Below, one piece after another: positions 49,287-59,355 of a stretch of 64,000 bases of DNA (its first letter is position 1; every line of letters starts with the position of its first letter). The stretch is from the UHGV virus genome UHGV-1374671; one strand, given 5' to 3'. This DNA comes from a virus. The notes under the pieces were generated by a model. It was not told the origin of the DNA, did no database searches, and saw nothing but the letters and a program-made list of their open reading frames with translations. The position numbers and the translations under genes were made by a program.

Positions 49287-50420
49287 ATGTTCGAGAAGAT
49301 ACTGTTCATGGCTGACTGTCACATCAGGTCACGCACATGGACGAACTTCATGCAGCTCCAGGGAGACGCCTACTGCGCGCTGCAGAAAGTGTCCGATCAG
49401 CTGGCCGCCATGAAGAGCCCGCCGAAGGTGCTCGTAGTCGGAGGAGACTGGTTCGACGGAAACCGACCCAGTTCGTGGGACGTCAGGGAGACGTTCCGGT
49501 TTCTGAGTCAGTTCGAGCTGGTGTTGTTCGTGAACGGGAATCATGACAAGGTCGAGCCTTCGTTTCTGGAGATTCTCCAGGGACTGGGCTGTACGAACGT
49601 CAGGGTCGAGAATCTGCAGAACCAGCCCGGTCGCGTACTCCAGTTCGATAACCAGTTTTTCATAGCTGGACTGAATTGGGTGGAGAACGCTGATCAGCTG
49701 AAAGCGGCGATAAGGGAGATCGCCGTGGAGTACAAATCGCTCGGTACAGACCAGCCGCTGTACCTGGTTCTGCACACCAGCTTTCAGCATCTGCTCGGTT
49801 ACGAGGGCTCGTACAAGCTCACGATTCAGGACGTCGAGGAGATCTTCGGAGACAGCCAGGTTCGTGTGCTTGTGGGAGACATTCATACCCGTGACCTGAC
49901 TCACATCAGCAACATGAACGGAAGCTACGTTCACAGTCCAGGATCGCTGTATCCCAGGAGCTTCGACAAGGTGAACGAGGAGTACGCCGTGTCGTTGATC
50001 GACACGGGCACGGGAGAGATCAGGGACCTCGACTGTCGTGTCAGGCTCTACTACCGATACGATTACAAGAGCCGTGACGAGCTCGATCAGCTGGTCGAGA
50101 TCGCGAAGCAGGAAAGCAAGGACCTTCCACTGCCGCCGTTTATCAGGGTCGTCGTTCCGAAGGATTCTGAAGTCAAGATTCTTCAGACGGACTACGAGGA
50201 CGTCGTCATCCAGGTCGTAACCGAGGATGTTGAGGACCAGGAGGAAGTCACCGCCAGACAGCTCCAGGAACAGTACACGCTTGCCCAGGCCGTTGCCGAG
50301 GAGGCGAACGAGGACGACGACATCAGGGATCTCGCCGTGGCGCTGATTTCAGCAGACGACCCGCTGGCCGAGATCGAGGGCTGGTTGAAGTTCTGGAATG
50401 TCGTCAGATCAACGATATGA
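49287..50420 (+). CDS. sbcD: SbcD/Mre11-family nuclease (calcineurin-like phosphoesterase)
   Basis: RBS AAGGAGG; motifs DCH, GDWFD, GNHD. Confidence 0.65.
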   Translation: MFEKILFMADCHIRSRTWTNFMQLQGDAYCALQKVSDQLAAMKSPPKVLVVGGDWFDGNRPSSWDVRETFRFLSQFELVLFVNGNHDKVEPSFLEILQGLGCTNVRVENLQNQPGRVLQFDNQFFIAGLNWVENADQLKAAIREIAVEYKSLGTDQPLYLVLHTSFQHLLGYEGSYKLTIQDVEEIFGDSQVRVLVGDIHTRDLTHISNMNGSYVHSPGSLYPRSFDKVNEEYAVSLIDTGTGEIRDLDCRVRLYYRYDYKSRDELDQLVEIAKQESKDLPLPPFIRVVVPKDSEVKILQTDYEDVVIQVVTEDVEDQEEVTARQLQEQYTLAQAVAEEANEDDDIRDLAVALISADDPLAEIEGWLKFWNVVRSTI

Positions 50421-50429
50421 GGTCATAGC

Positions 50430-52439
50430 ATGTTCAAGTTATCGAGAGTGCGTTTGCACAACATCTGCCAGTACGACGATGCGGACATTCCGATAGAGGG
50501 CGGACTGACTGCTGTGTGCGGCAAAAACGGGGCTGGCAAGAGCAACTGCATCAGGGCCATCGCCTACGGGCTCACCGGATTGGTGGACGGTTCCTGGGGC
50601 AATCAGCAGAAGCTCCAGAAGGACGGCACCGCCGATCCTGGCTGGGTTGAGGTGTACCTGACAGGAACCGAGGATCTGGTCGTCAGGAGATTTTCTACTT
50701 CGAGTACAAAATTTCCGGATCGGATTCTGAAGACGGTCAACGGAGTGGTAACCGAGGTCGCTGTCCGCCGCAAGGAGGTGGACAAGTACATGACGGGCGT
50801 GTTCGGCATTCCAGTGCCGCTCATGTTCCAGATCATGTGGGGAAGACAGGGCAGGCTGGACGATCTGCTTACGTCTCCTCCGGCGCTGGTGAACACGTTC
50901 CTGGCTGCGGTGTTCGACACCAAGAAGCTGGACAAGCTCAGAGAGAAGCTCAAGATCCAGATCGACACGATAGCTAACATCCCGGCCGACAGCGTGACCC
51001 TGCTTGAGCGATACAAGGCCGAGCGGGAAGCGCTGCCGTCAGTGGAGAGCCTGGCGGCGTCACTGGAGTCCAGCAAGGCAGCTCTGCATGATGCGGAGGC
51101 CAGACTGGAGGAGCTGAACGACACGATGAAAGCCGGCATCACGAAAGCGTCCCTGGATGGGTGCATCGCGATGTACACAGAAGAGCTTCAGACGTCCGAG
51201 AACTGGCTTTCCAGCAATCCTGAGACGCCTGAACCGTCTGTGCCGTCCATAGACGCGGCAACCGTTGATGTCAGCCTTGCAGGCGCTTCCAACGAGCTTT
51301 CCCAGCTGCAGAACCGGCGTAACCACACTGAGCTCACGCTGCGCAACCTGGAGGCAGGTCTTCCGGTCAAGAAGACCAATCTGCAGGATCTTCGTGACAG
51401 CCATCAGTCTATTCTGGACAAGATGTCGGTGCACGACTCCGAGTGCCGGCTGTGCAAGGGCCATATCGTGGACCACGTCAGTTACGACGCAGCGCGCTGG
51501 AAGATGCTGACCGGGTACACTACCCAGGAACAGTACGAGAAGGCCTTCACGGGCAAGGAAAGCACCCTTCTGGCCGTTATAAGCGCGGACGAGGATGCCA
51601 TCCGGACAGCCAGCCAGATGATCGATGCCATGGATGTGGAGATCTCGAAGCAGCAGGAGCTGCTTCAGAACCTGTCGGAATTGAAGGCGGCACATGAGGC
51701 GCATGCAAGATGGTCTGCGACCAACGAGCTGCGAATCATGCACACCGAGAAATCTAAAGGTCTTAATGAAGCACTTGACAAGTACAGGTCGATGACTCCG
51801 ATAGACGACTCGATTCCTCAGGACATCGCCGAGCTTTCCAGCAGAGTCGACCAGCTCAGAACCGAGGTGGAGACCAGGCAGAAAGCACTGTTCAAAACAG
51901 AGGCGGATTTGAAGTATTACGACAGGTCCATCCAGGACTACGAGAAAGCGGCTCAGAGCTACCAGATCAACTCAGAGGCCCGCAGAGTGCTCACTACGAT
52001 CCGTGACATATACTCTCAGGGACGGGCCCAGGCCAGGTACCTGCGTTCCAAGATCCAGCAGCTGAACAGGCGGATCGGTTCCTACATGGAACAGACCGGC
52101 ATGCCTTTCAGCCTGTATTTGAACGAGGACACCCACGTGTTCGAGTATGTGACTGACAGCGGATTCACGCACCCGGCAGCCCACCTGTCCGGAGCTCAGA
52201 AAAGCATCTCGTCTGTCGTTCTTCAGATGGCTATGCTGTCTGTAATCGGGCCCCAGATGAACCTGTTTCTCGTTGATGAGCCATCCGAGGCTCTTGATGA
52301 TGAAAACAAGATTGTCATGAGTTCGTTGTTCCAGAGGCTCAACAACTTACTACCGTCCATGGACGGAGTGATGCTGATTGTGACCCGAGATTCGCTCATT
52401 ATTGAGAGTTGTGAAAATGTCATAAATGTAGGAGATTGA
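50430..52439 (+). CDS. sbcC: SbcC/Rad50-family ATPase
   Basis: Walker A GKNGAGKS, central coiled coil with CxxC zinc hook, C-terminal LFLVDEPSEALD. Confidence 0.65.
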   Translation: MFKLSRVRLHNICQYDDADIPIEGGLTAVCGKNGAGKSNCIRAIAYGLTGLVDGSWGNQQKLQKDGTADPGWVEVYLTGTEDLVVRRFSTSSTKFPDRILKTVNGVVTEVAVRRKEVDKYMTGVFGIPVPLMFQIMWGRQGRLDDLLTSPPALVNTFLAAVFDTKKLDKLREKLKIQIDTIANIPADSVTLLERYKAEREALPSVESLAASLESSKAALHDAEARLEELNDTMKAGITKASLDGCIAMYTEELQTSENWLSSNPETPEPSVPSIDAATVDVSLAGASNELSQLQNRRNHTELTLRNLEAGLPVKKTNLQDLRDSHQSILDKMSVHDSECRLCKGHIVDHVSYDAARWKMLTGYTTQEQYEKAFTGKESTLLAVISADEDAIRTASQMIDAMDVEISKQQELLQNLSELKAAHEAHARWSATNELRIMHTEKSKGLNEALDKYRSMTPIDDSIPQDIAELSSRVDQLRTEVETRQKALFKTEADLKYYDRSIQDYEKAAQSYQINSEARRVLTTIRDIYSQGRAQARYLRSKIQQLNRRIGSYMEQTGMPFSLYLNEDTHVFEYVTDSGFTHPAAHLSGAQKSISSVVLQMAMLSVIGPQMNLFLVDEPSEALDDENKIVMSSLFQRLNNLLPSMDGVMLIVTRDSLIIESCENVINVGD

Positions 52440-52458
52440 TAATCATGGAGTTGCAAAA

Positions 52459-53736
52459 ATGAAAATTGTACTGGCCGATACAGTGATCACTGTGTTCGGG
52501 TGGCTCAATGTGATGGATCAGATCGGAAAGTACAAGCTGAAGATCCGCAAGACTCCTCAGGAGATCCGTGAGGAGAAGGAGATCAGACGACAGCGGTACG
52601 GAAGCGACGCCCATAAGGTGAATCCTATGCGGTACGAAGATCGCACCGTGATCGCCAAGAATCCGTCTGATCCTACCATCGCATACTTTCTCCCAGGGCT
52701 GTGGCCACGGGTGAAAGGCTATCTGGATACGCAGAAGATTACATACGAAATCGAGGACAAAAGGGATCCTTCCATCAGGCCTGACCCGGACTATTCAAAA
52801 CTGGCCGGAGCGACATTGAGACCAGGACAGGATACCGCCTTGGCCCTGATTACGTCGTTGGATTGTGGGCTAATAAATACCAGCACGGCATGGGGAAAAA
52901 GCCATCTAATATCTTTTATATGCAAGGTTTATCCCACGCTTAACATTGTCGTCACCACTGGATCCACCACGGTGGTCTCAACTCTGTACGAATATCTGTG
53001 CAAGCAGCTGCCCGGCCAGGTCGGTTACCTGTACGCCAGGGGCAACACCACGCATGGAAAACGGGTGATTGTGACCACGCTGAAGTCGTTGCCGAACATC
53101 TCTCCTGAGCGCGTCCAGTTGCTGTTGTGCGACGAGTGTCATGCCTGCGGAGACAACGAGGCCGGCAGGGCAGTGTCCAAGTTTGTGTTCAGCCGCAGAT
53201 TTGGATTCTCCGCCAGTCCGATCCGCAATGACGGCTCCAGAATCGTTATGGAGTCCATCTTCGGACCTGAGATCATGAAGATGACCTACCAGGAGTCTGT
53301 TGACGTTGGAAACATCGTTCCCATGAAGTACCTGATGCTGCCTTGTCACAAAGGGCCAACCAGCTTGTGCGACAAGCCGGGCATGGACGATGTATTCAAG
53401 AAGCGCTTCGGGTACTGGTGCAACTACAACAGGAACAGGGCTATTGTGGAACTGGTCTACGACATCAAGCAGGTGTATGAGGGCCAGATTTTGATAATGG
53501 TCGGTTCACTGGAACACGCAATTCAGTTGCACATTATGCTGCCCTGGTTCAAGGTCGCTCATTATGGCGCAACTGACTTGGACGAACTCAAGAAAAAGAA
53601 GTTCTCCAAAGACAAATACTCCGACATTGACTTTTCTCAGTACAAGATGAGCCAGAAGCAGCTGGACATTATGCGGGCCGCCTTTGCAAAAGGTACGCTC
53701 AGGTACGTGATCTGCACCAAAGTGTTTAAACAAGGT
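52459..53736 (+). CDS. SF2 DECH-box DNA helicase, exon 1
   Basis: motif I TAWGKSHL, motif II DECH; ORF runs into intron and hits stop 24 nt inside it. Confidence 0.6.
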
Positions 53737-54002
53737 AAACATCAATGCCTCGCAGCATAGGAATGTGCTGTCGTGAGCCGCTTAATTGCTGGGAACTCCG
53801 ACCGGGTAATGCCGAGGACAATCAGCAGCGAAGTCCTGAAAAGTAGGAAACGTTCAACGACTATCCCTGCGGGGAGTACACGCAAGTGCGTGGAAACAGC
53901 GGCCACCCAGAACGGGTGAAGATATAGTCTGACCTTGCATGGTAACATGCAGCTGGATTAACAATCCGGGCTGAGCGTAACGAACTCAGTTGAACACAAA
54001 AG
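53737..54002 (+). ncRNA. group I self-splicing intron (266 nt, no ORF) in helicase gene
   Basis: AATTGCTGGGAA P3/P4-like element, UAGUC P7-like element, P1 pairing exon CAAGGU with intron GCCUCG giving G.U at 5' splice site, intron ends in G; exon junction restores helicase motifs V-VI in frame. Confidence 0.6.
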
Positions 54003-54284
54003 GTTGATTTTAAAGCACTTACGGTGTTGTTCCGTGGAGACGGCGACGTGTCTGGTGTGGAATGTATCCAGATCCCTGGCCGAGTTGCCCGTCTGTCGGA
54101 AGGCAAGGACTGCGGTTACCTGATCGACGTCAATGACACGTTCAGCACTTGGTCCAGAGAGCGGTCACAGGCCAGAGAGAAGCAATATCAGGAGCAGAAA
54201 TGGACGAAGATAACAAGGGAGGATCTGCTGGATGATCTCCGTAGACTCACTGAAGGCAACCCTGACAGGGCTTCTGGGGAGTAG
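54003..54284 (+). CDS. SF2 helicase exon 2 (motif VI QIPGRVAR)
   Basis: in-frame continuation after predicted splice. Confidence 0.55.
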   Translation, partial: VDFKALTVLFRGDGDVSGVECIQIPGRVARLSEGKDCGYLIDVNDTFSTWSRERSQAREKQYQEQKWTKITREDLLDDLRRLTEGNPDRASGE

Positions 54285-54756
54285 GGTTCCCAGTGGATTC
54301 CCGTTCGAGTTGGTTGCCAAATCCCTGTTGAAGCAGGAGAAGGCAAGGGACATCAAGCTCAGTTCCTATGGGTATCTGATGTATGCCATCGATCACTACG
54401 GCGCCGGCATCCTGTACCGGAACATACTGGCGTCCAACAAGACGATCGAGGGCTATGCAGCGGAGGCCGACAAGTACAGAACCGACATGCCTGTCATGCT
54501 GGTCAATGCGGCACAGTACGTGGAGCATATCTTCAATCTGATTCCTGACATGGAAACATGCTTCAGGAAGCTGGAGGATATGACATTCCCGTATGTGCTG
54601 TATGTGCTGTTCACAGCCGGAGGCCAAGAGGAGCTTGTCACAAAGTACAAGGAGGACTTCGAGGAGCATATGCACAGATACCCGTCCACGCTGGATCTGC
54701 TGCCTGAGTCCTATAAGAAAGTCGGTACGGAGGTCAGCGATGCAGACGTTAAGTAA
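54232..54756 (+). CDS. hypothetical protein (174 aa)
   Basis: ORF; 5' end overlaps helicase exon 2, true start may be further downstream. Confidence 0.4.
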   Translation: MISVDSLKATLTGLLGSRVPSGFPFELVAKSLLKQEKARDIKLSSYGYLMYAIDHYGAGILYRNILASNKTIEGYAAEADKYRTDMPVMLVNAAQYVEHIFNLIPDMETCFRKLEDMTFPYVLYVLFTAGGQEELVTKYKEDFEEHMHRYPSTLDLLPESYKKVGTEVSDADVK

Positions 54757-56215
54757 GGTTGAGCTGGCGTTCCTGTCCGTGATCGGATATCCTGAACTCA
54801 CTTCCAAGGCGCTGAAGCTGTGTGCTGACAAGGTGATCCTGTTCGATAAGAACACGCACCCTCATGTGAGCATGATGTGGTCTGTTTACCTGAACACGTT
54901 GAAGAAGTACAAGAAGAAGTTCGGGTTGAAGGTATCCCATGATCTCATTGCAGGCGACCTGGACGAGGCGATCAAGAACGACGAGGACATGCCTGAGGAG
55001 GTGTTGTCCAGTTGTGAGACCATTCTCAACCGACTGGTAACTGGTCAGCTGCCGTCCAGGGAGGAAGGCATCGCGTTGATCCAGTCTCTGGTGAACCTGG
55101 ATGCCAACCGCAAGATCAGCGCCCAGGTGCTGAAGAACGCGGATCTGGAGGCCATCCAGAAAACCCTGGATTCGTCGAAGCGGGTCATGACCATACTGGA
55201 CAACACAGAGGATCTGAACAAGGGCAGGATCCTGTTCAATCCGTTCAATGAGATCCAGAACCTGGCCAAGCACGTGGTGCGGATCCCGACAGGCATCAAC
55301 TTCCTGGACATCGCATCCAGCGGTGGAGGCCGGTCCCAGGAGCTGTGGCTTCTTCTTGGTCCGTCAGGAGGAGGCAAGTCGACGTTCTCTGTTCAGTATT
55401 CCGCATCGCAGGCTCTGATGGGCAACAATACGCTGTGGGTCACTTACGAGCAGAGCATGGAAGGAGACTTGGCCGAGCGACTTATCGCCAACGTGACGGA
55501 CTGCAGTCTGGATGACATCCGTGATATCGGGTTCGACAATTTGAGCCAGGATATCAGGAACAAGTTCTGGGCTGCTGTGAACGGCTCCGAGGAGCACCTG
55601 AAAGTGTTGGACATGACCAGAATGGAGTTCGACCAGGAAGATCCTGCCGATGACTCCGGCATCTACTCGGTATGGAAGCGCATCAAGGAGCTGAAAGCGG
55701 AGGGATGGAGCCCGAAGACGGTCCTCATAGACTGGTTCGGCGCAATGATGTCCATGATCGGAACTGTAACCGGTCAGGACTTGTCCAAGGCGTACAGGTT
55801 CCTGGCTCAGCATCAGATCGACATTGCCCGCAAGATGGTCAAGGACGAGGATATCATGTGCATCTTCACACATCAGACCGACATGCAGACACAGCATGCC
55901 AGGCCGACCTATCCTCCCGACAAGACCAACTCGAAGGACATGAAAGACCTGTGCAACTACATGGACATCGTTCTCACACTTGGAAACAGGGACAAGAACG
56001 ACATCCAGTATTTCAATGCGGCCAAAGCCCGTAAGGGCGCGTCCGTCCTGCAGACGGTGCAGCTCATTGGAGAGAAGGCCAGGTTCAAGAAAGCCGACGG
56101 CTGGCTTCCAAACCGGGATGGGAACTTCTACCGACCCTCGGATGAGTACACATCAGACGAGGACGACGATATACAAGACGAGACTGCAAGGTCGTATACA
56201 AGAGAGATCATGTAG
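54740..56215 (+). CDS. DnaB-family replicative helicase
   Basis: RecA-like domain: Walker A LLGPSGGGKSTF, YEQSMEGDLAERL; start at ATG 54740 is a guess. Confidence 0.55.
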   Translation: MQTLSKVELAFLSVIGYPELTSKALKLCADKVILFDKNTHPHVSMMWSVYLNTLKKYKKKFGLKVSHDLIAGDLDEAIKNDEDMPEEVLSSCETILNRLVTGQLPSREEGIALIQSLVNLDANRKISAQVLKNADLEAIQKTLDSSKRVMTILDNTEDLNKGRILFNPFNEIQNLAKHVVRIPTGINFLDIASSGGGRSQELWLLLGPSGGGKSTFSVQYSASQALMGNNTLWVTYEQSMEGDLAERLIANVTDCSLDDIRDIGFDNLSQDIRNKFWAAVNGSEEHLKVLDMTRMEFDQEDPADDSGIYSVWKRIKELKAEGWSPKTVLIDWFGAMMSMIGTVTGQDLSKAYRFLAQHQIDIARKMVKDEDIMCIFTHQTDMQTQHARPTYPPDKTNSKDMKDLCNYMDIVLTLGNRDKNDIQYFNAAKARKGASVLQTVQLIGEKARFKKADGWLPNRDGNFYRPSDEYTSDEDDDIQDETARSYTREIM

Positions 56216-56239
56216 TTTGGTTCGATTGTGACTTGACTT

Positions 56240-56272
56240 TTTTTCGTTTTGGTGTTATGTTGCGAACGAGCA
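56240..56272. promoter_or_regulatory. 10-bp stem hairpin GTTATGTTGC-GAACGA-GCAACATAAC preceded by TTGACTTTTTTT
   Basis: seen directly between DnaB-like gene and next ORF. Confidence 0.35.
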
Positions 56273-56299
56273 ACATAACCTGAACGAAGGAGGTCGGTC

Positions 56300-56701
56300 A
56301 TGAAACAACCCGAGTTCGAGAAGCTCTGTAAGGATCTGGCCCGCATATGGACCAGAAAAGACGGGGCCCTGGCGAAGCTGGGCAGCTGCTCTGAGAGCAC
56401 TGGCTCGTACATCTTGTGCATCGGAGCGAAGAACAATACAGGGTTCTCCGCTCACTATTGCGTTGTGTGGGAAGGAGACAACAAGGCGTTTGAAGGCCGT
56501 CTCCATTCCATCGAACTCAGAAAATTCCTCACATCGAAACACCTCTGTTTCGCAGAGGTAACCACTTCACGCATGCTGGATCAGAACAAGAAAGGTCTGA
56601 TCAACTGCTACGGAAAGAAGGAGTCGTGCTGCAAGCTGAACTGCTCTGTACGCGACAGGAAGCCGTTCCAGGTGACTGAGACGGTGGCAACCACTCTGTA
56701 G
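56300..56701 (+). CDS. hypothetical Cys-containing protein (133 aa)
   Basis: RBS GAAGGAGG. Confidence 0.5.
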   Translation: MKQPEFEKLCKDLARIWTRKDGALAKLGSCSESTGSYILCIGAKNNTGFSAHYCVVWEGDNKAFEGRLHSIELRKFLTSKHLCFAEVTTSRMLDQNKKGLINCYGKKESCCKLNCSVRDRKPFQVTETVATTL

Positions 56702-56747
56702 CGCTCCCGGTATTGCCGGGCAGCGTGCATGTCCGGGAGGAAAGCAA

Positions 56748-57878
56748 GTGTTGAACAAACCACTCTATGACACGCTTGTGCGCATGTTCAAGCGTGTCGA
56801 AATCGCCAACGAAGGGCAGCATGCACGGGTCAGCAGGAAAGCGGGTACCGTGTCGGCGTGGTGTATTGAAAGGAACAACGAACACGGTGAGCAGTACCGT
56901 GTGAATTGTCCTTTCTGCGACGACCGGAACAAGCACCTCTACATTTCGTATCTGTCCTACATTCGTCCAGTCGTGAACGGTCAGGTGCTTCAGGTAGGCA
57001 AATTGAGAGCCCAGTGCTTTCGCAGAGGCTGTCTGAAGAAGATTGAGAACAGAGAATGGCTCGAAGGGCAGATCGCTATGTACAGGTTAGCTCTTGGAGC
57101 AGGTGCGGAAATTCCAAACATTGAAATCTCGGAAACAGACTCGGAAACCCTTCCCAGATACGAGGTGTCGGACGACATTTCCGTGGATGGGTTCAAGACA
57201 TGGGTACCTGATTATGAGCCGATCACAGCGCAGTCCAGGAGTGACATTCTGGAGTACCTGGCGGCTCGTCGTGTGTCCATGGATGACGTGGAATGGATGA
57301 GACTCGGCTGGGGGCCTGTCAAGTCCCCGCGTTCAGGCAACTACCTGAACAACGGCAGTCCGTTCATTCTGATTCCGATGATACAGAACAACCAAGTGAA
57401 GGGCATCCAGGGCAGGTGCCTTCCCCAGTACCTGAAGGAGGACGGCATCAAATACTGGATTCACCCTGCCTGCAGAAAACGTACTGTTGTGCTGAACATC
57501 GACATTGCCAGACAGCTCGGCCTTGGTGTCGTCTGTGAAGGCGCTTTCGATGTGCTCAGCATTGGTAAACCGGGCGTATGCACCTTTGGACATACACCAT
57601 CAGAAACGCAAAGGCGGTTGCTTACCACGTTCTCACAGGGCATCATATGGTGTCCTGACACGGACGTGACGCCGAGGCTGAATCCTATTCAGATCGCCAG
57701 GGAGCATGTTGCTGTCTGGAACGCGTCCAATGCGTTTCCGAAAGGTGCGCACGTCGTAGAACTGTCCCAGAAAGATGCCGGCAGTATGTCCCGGCAGCAA
57801 GTATGGGAGGAGATCGTTTCCCAGGTTCCTGCTCATATGCAGGACTTCCTGCTGGAGAGGATCATCCCAAACCTATAG
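56748..57878 (+). CDS. DnaG-type DNA primase (CHC2 zinc finger + TOPRIM)
   Basis: CPFCDD...H...C zinc motif; TOPRIM EGAFDVLS...DTD; GTG start with GGAGG upstream. Confidence 0.6.
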   Translation: MLNKPLYDTLVRMFKRVEIANEGQHARVSRKAGTVSAWCIERNNEHGEQYRVNCPFCDDRNKHLYISYLSYIRPVVNGQVLQVGKLRAQCFRRGCLKKIENREWLEGQIAMYRLALGAGAEIPNIEISETDSETLPRYEVSDDISVDGFKTWVPDYEPITAQSRSDILEYLAARRVSMDDVEWMRLGWGPVKSPRSGNYLNNGSPFILIPMIQNNQVKGIQGRCLPQYLKEDGIKYWIHPACRKRTVVLNIDIARQLGLGVVCEGAFDVLSIGKPGVCTFGHTPSETQRRLLTTFSQGIIWCPDTDVTPRLNPIQIAREHVAVWNASNAFPKGAHVVELSQKDAGSMSRQQVWEEIVSQVPAHMQDFLLERIIPNL

Positions 57879-57895
57879 GAACAGAGGAGATCGAG

Positions 57896-58924
57896 ATGCA
57901 AGACTTAGGCGTCGTCGACGTCAGCATGCGGCACTTTGTCGGGCCGGTTCACATCCGGGTATGGGAGCCCGGAGATCCGTTCCCGACACTGGGGCCTTCC
58001 GTTGGCGTTGACACAGAAACCGAGCTGATCACGGACACGGTGAAGGACCCGCCGGTAGTTGTTACCGGCGTGTTCGACCCTGCGAACTCGAATTGCTGGA
58101 TCGTTTACTGGCAGCATACCGCAGCGTTCATGCGGGAGCTGAACAAGCGCGACATCCAGCAGAGGTACTTCAACGTCGGGTTCGACGAACAGGTGCTCGA
58201 CAACGAGGACGAGGAGAAGAGCCTTCTGACGGCTGTCGACGCAAGGCGGGTGCGTGATATGCAGATCCGCATTCACCTGCACGAGATCGCCACGCTGGGT
58301 TGGATCCGAGGCAATCTGTACAACCTGGCGGACTGTGCTCTGCACTTCCTGAATGTGACGCTGGACAAGGGTGATCCGGACGACTACGAGAACTCTGCAC
58401 GAATGACGTTTCGGCGGCATAATAAAGATGGGAGCGTTTATCGCATAACGGATGAACAGGCCAAATACCTGTGTTATGACTGCGCTTCCACCTGGGGTCT
58501 CGGAGAATCGGTACCGGAACAGCCAACCGAGGTGGAACATACCAAGGGCATGATCGTCCTGGCACACATCAGCACCAACGGCATTCAGGTCGACCCTGTA
58601 GTGTTCGACGCCATGGAGGAGAAGCTGTTCAAAGCCAGGGACGAGGCCAGGCTTCGTCTGCTGGCGTTTGGATTCCCAGATCCGTACAAGGACGTCAAGA
58701 AGGAGGCCGCAGCCGAGCGTCAGCTTTTCTACTCGGAATACAAAAAGCTGTGTGAATCGGCAGGACTGGAGTGCCATCTCGGCATGGAGGAACAGACACT
58801 CGATGACGAAGACGAAACCGTCATTCAGGTTCCTAAAATACCAAAGAAGGACTCTCTCAGGCTGATGGTCTGCTACCTGTATCGATGCTTCACGTTCGTA
58901 CACAATACCAAGAACGCGGCGTAG
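57896..58924 (+). CDS. family-A DNA polymerase N-terminal 3'-5' exonuclease domain (exon 1 or separate exo gene)
   Basis: Exo I VGVDTETELI, Exo III YLCYD; stop codon TAG coincides with first bases of intron-like sequence. Confidence 0.55.
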   Translation: MQDLGVVDVSMRHFVGPVHIRVWEPGDPFPTLGPSVGVDTETELITDTVKDPPVVVTGVFDPANSNCWIVYWQHTAAFMRELNKRDIQQRYFNVGFDEQVLDNEDEEKSLLTAVDARRVRDMQIRIHLHEIATLGWIRGNLYNLADCALHFLNVTLDKGDPDDYENSARMTFRRHNKDGSVYRITDEQAKYLCYDCASTWGLGESVPEQPTEVEHTKGMIVLAHISTNGIQVDPVVFDAMEEKLFKARDEARLRLLAFGFPDPYKDVKKEAAAERQLFYSEYKKLCESAGLECHLGMEEQTLDDEDETVIQVPKIPKKDSLRLMVCYLYRCFTFVHNTKNAA

Positions 58925-59247
58925 GTACCTTTGCGGCGTGAGCCGCATCGAAGAAGAAAGTGAATTGCTGGAAGCCTAAACCGGGAGTGTAGCCCGGCAT
59001 GGTAATCAGCAGCCAATCAACCGGATCGCTAAACTGGATTCAACCATCCAGCATGCACCGGGGAAAAGGTTCAACGATCATCGGGGTGTCCACCTGATAA
59101 GCGGCCCCGTTAGCGTGCAAGCGTGCGCGAAGTGCTCCGTGACGGGAAACCGTCACGATGATATGATCTGTGCTACCCGAAAGGGATAGGAAGCCCCAGC
59201 CTGATCAGCTGGATAAGCCGGGTGAGCGTAGCGAACTCACTTGAACA
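58900..59247 (+). ncRNA. group I intron ribozyme core homologous to helicase intron (5' part of IStron)
   Basis: blocks GTGAGCCGC, AATTGCTGG, CCGGG...GCCCGG, AATCAGCAGC, GTTCAACGA, CAGCTGGAT, GAGCGTAGCGAACTCACTTGAACA co-linear with 53737-54002; exact 5' splice site unresolved. Confidence 0.55.
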
Positions 59248-59272
59248 AGAACCATGAGGTCTTATGAATCGA

Positions 59273-59292
59273 CGTAAATTCTCACATTTACG
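59273..59292 (+). repeat. IS left-end subterminal hairpin CGTAAAT-TCTCAC-ATTTACG
   Basis: perfect 7-bp stem ~25 nt inside predicted left end. Confidence 0.5.
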
Positions 59293-59293
59293 C

Positions 59294-59321
59294 TTGATAT
59301 TGTTGACGTACATGCTATATT
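59294..59321 (+). promoter_or_regulatory. sigma-70-like promoter TTGATA-16-TATATT for tnpB
   Basis: seen directly; ~35 nt upstream of GTG start. Confidence 0.45.
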
Positions 59322-59355
59322 AGAACCAGGTACTATAATACACGGAAGTTTTGAA

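Noticed and set aside
53931-53936. ACCTTG, a perfect complement of the helicase exon end CAAGGT, as the internal guide sequence
   Set aside because: It lies ~195 nt into the intron and would pair the splice-site U with A. The nearby GCCUCG gives the canonical G.U pair next to the 5' splice site.
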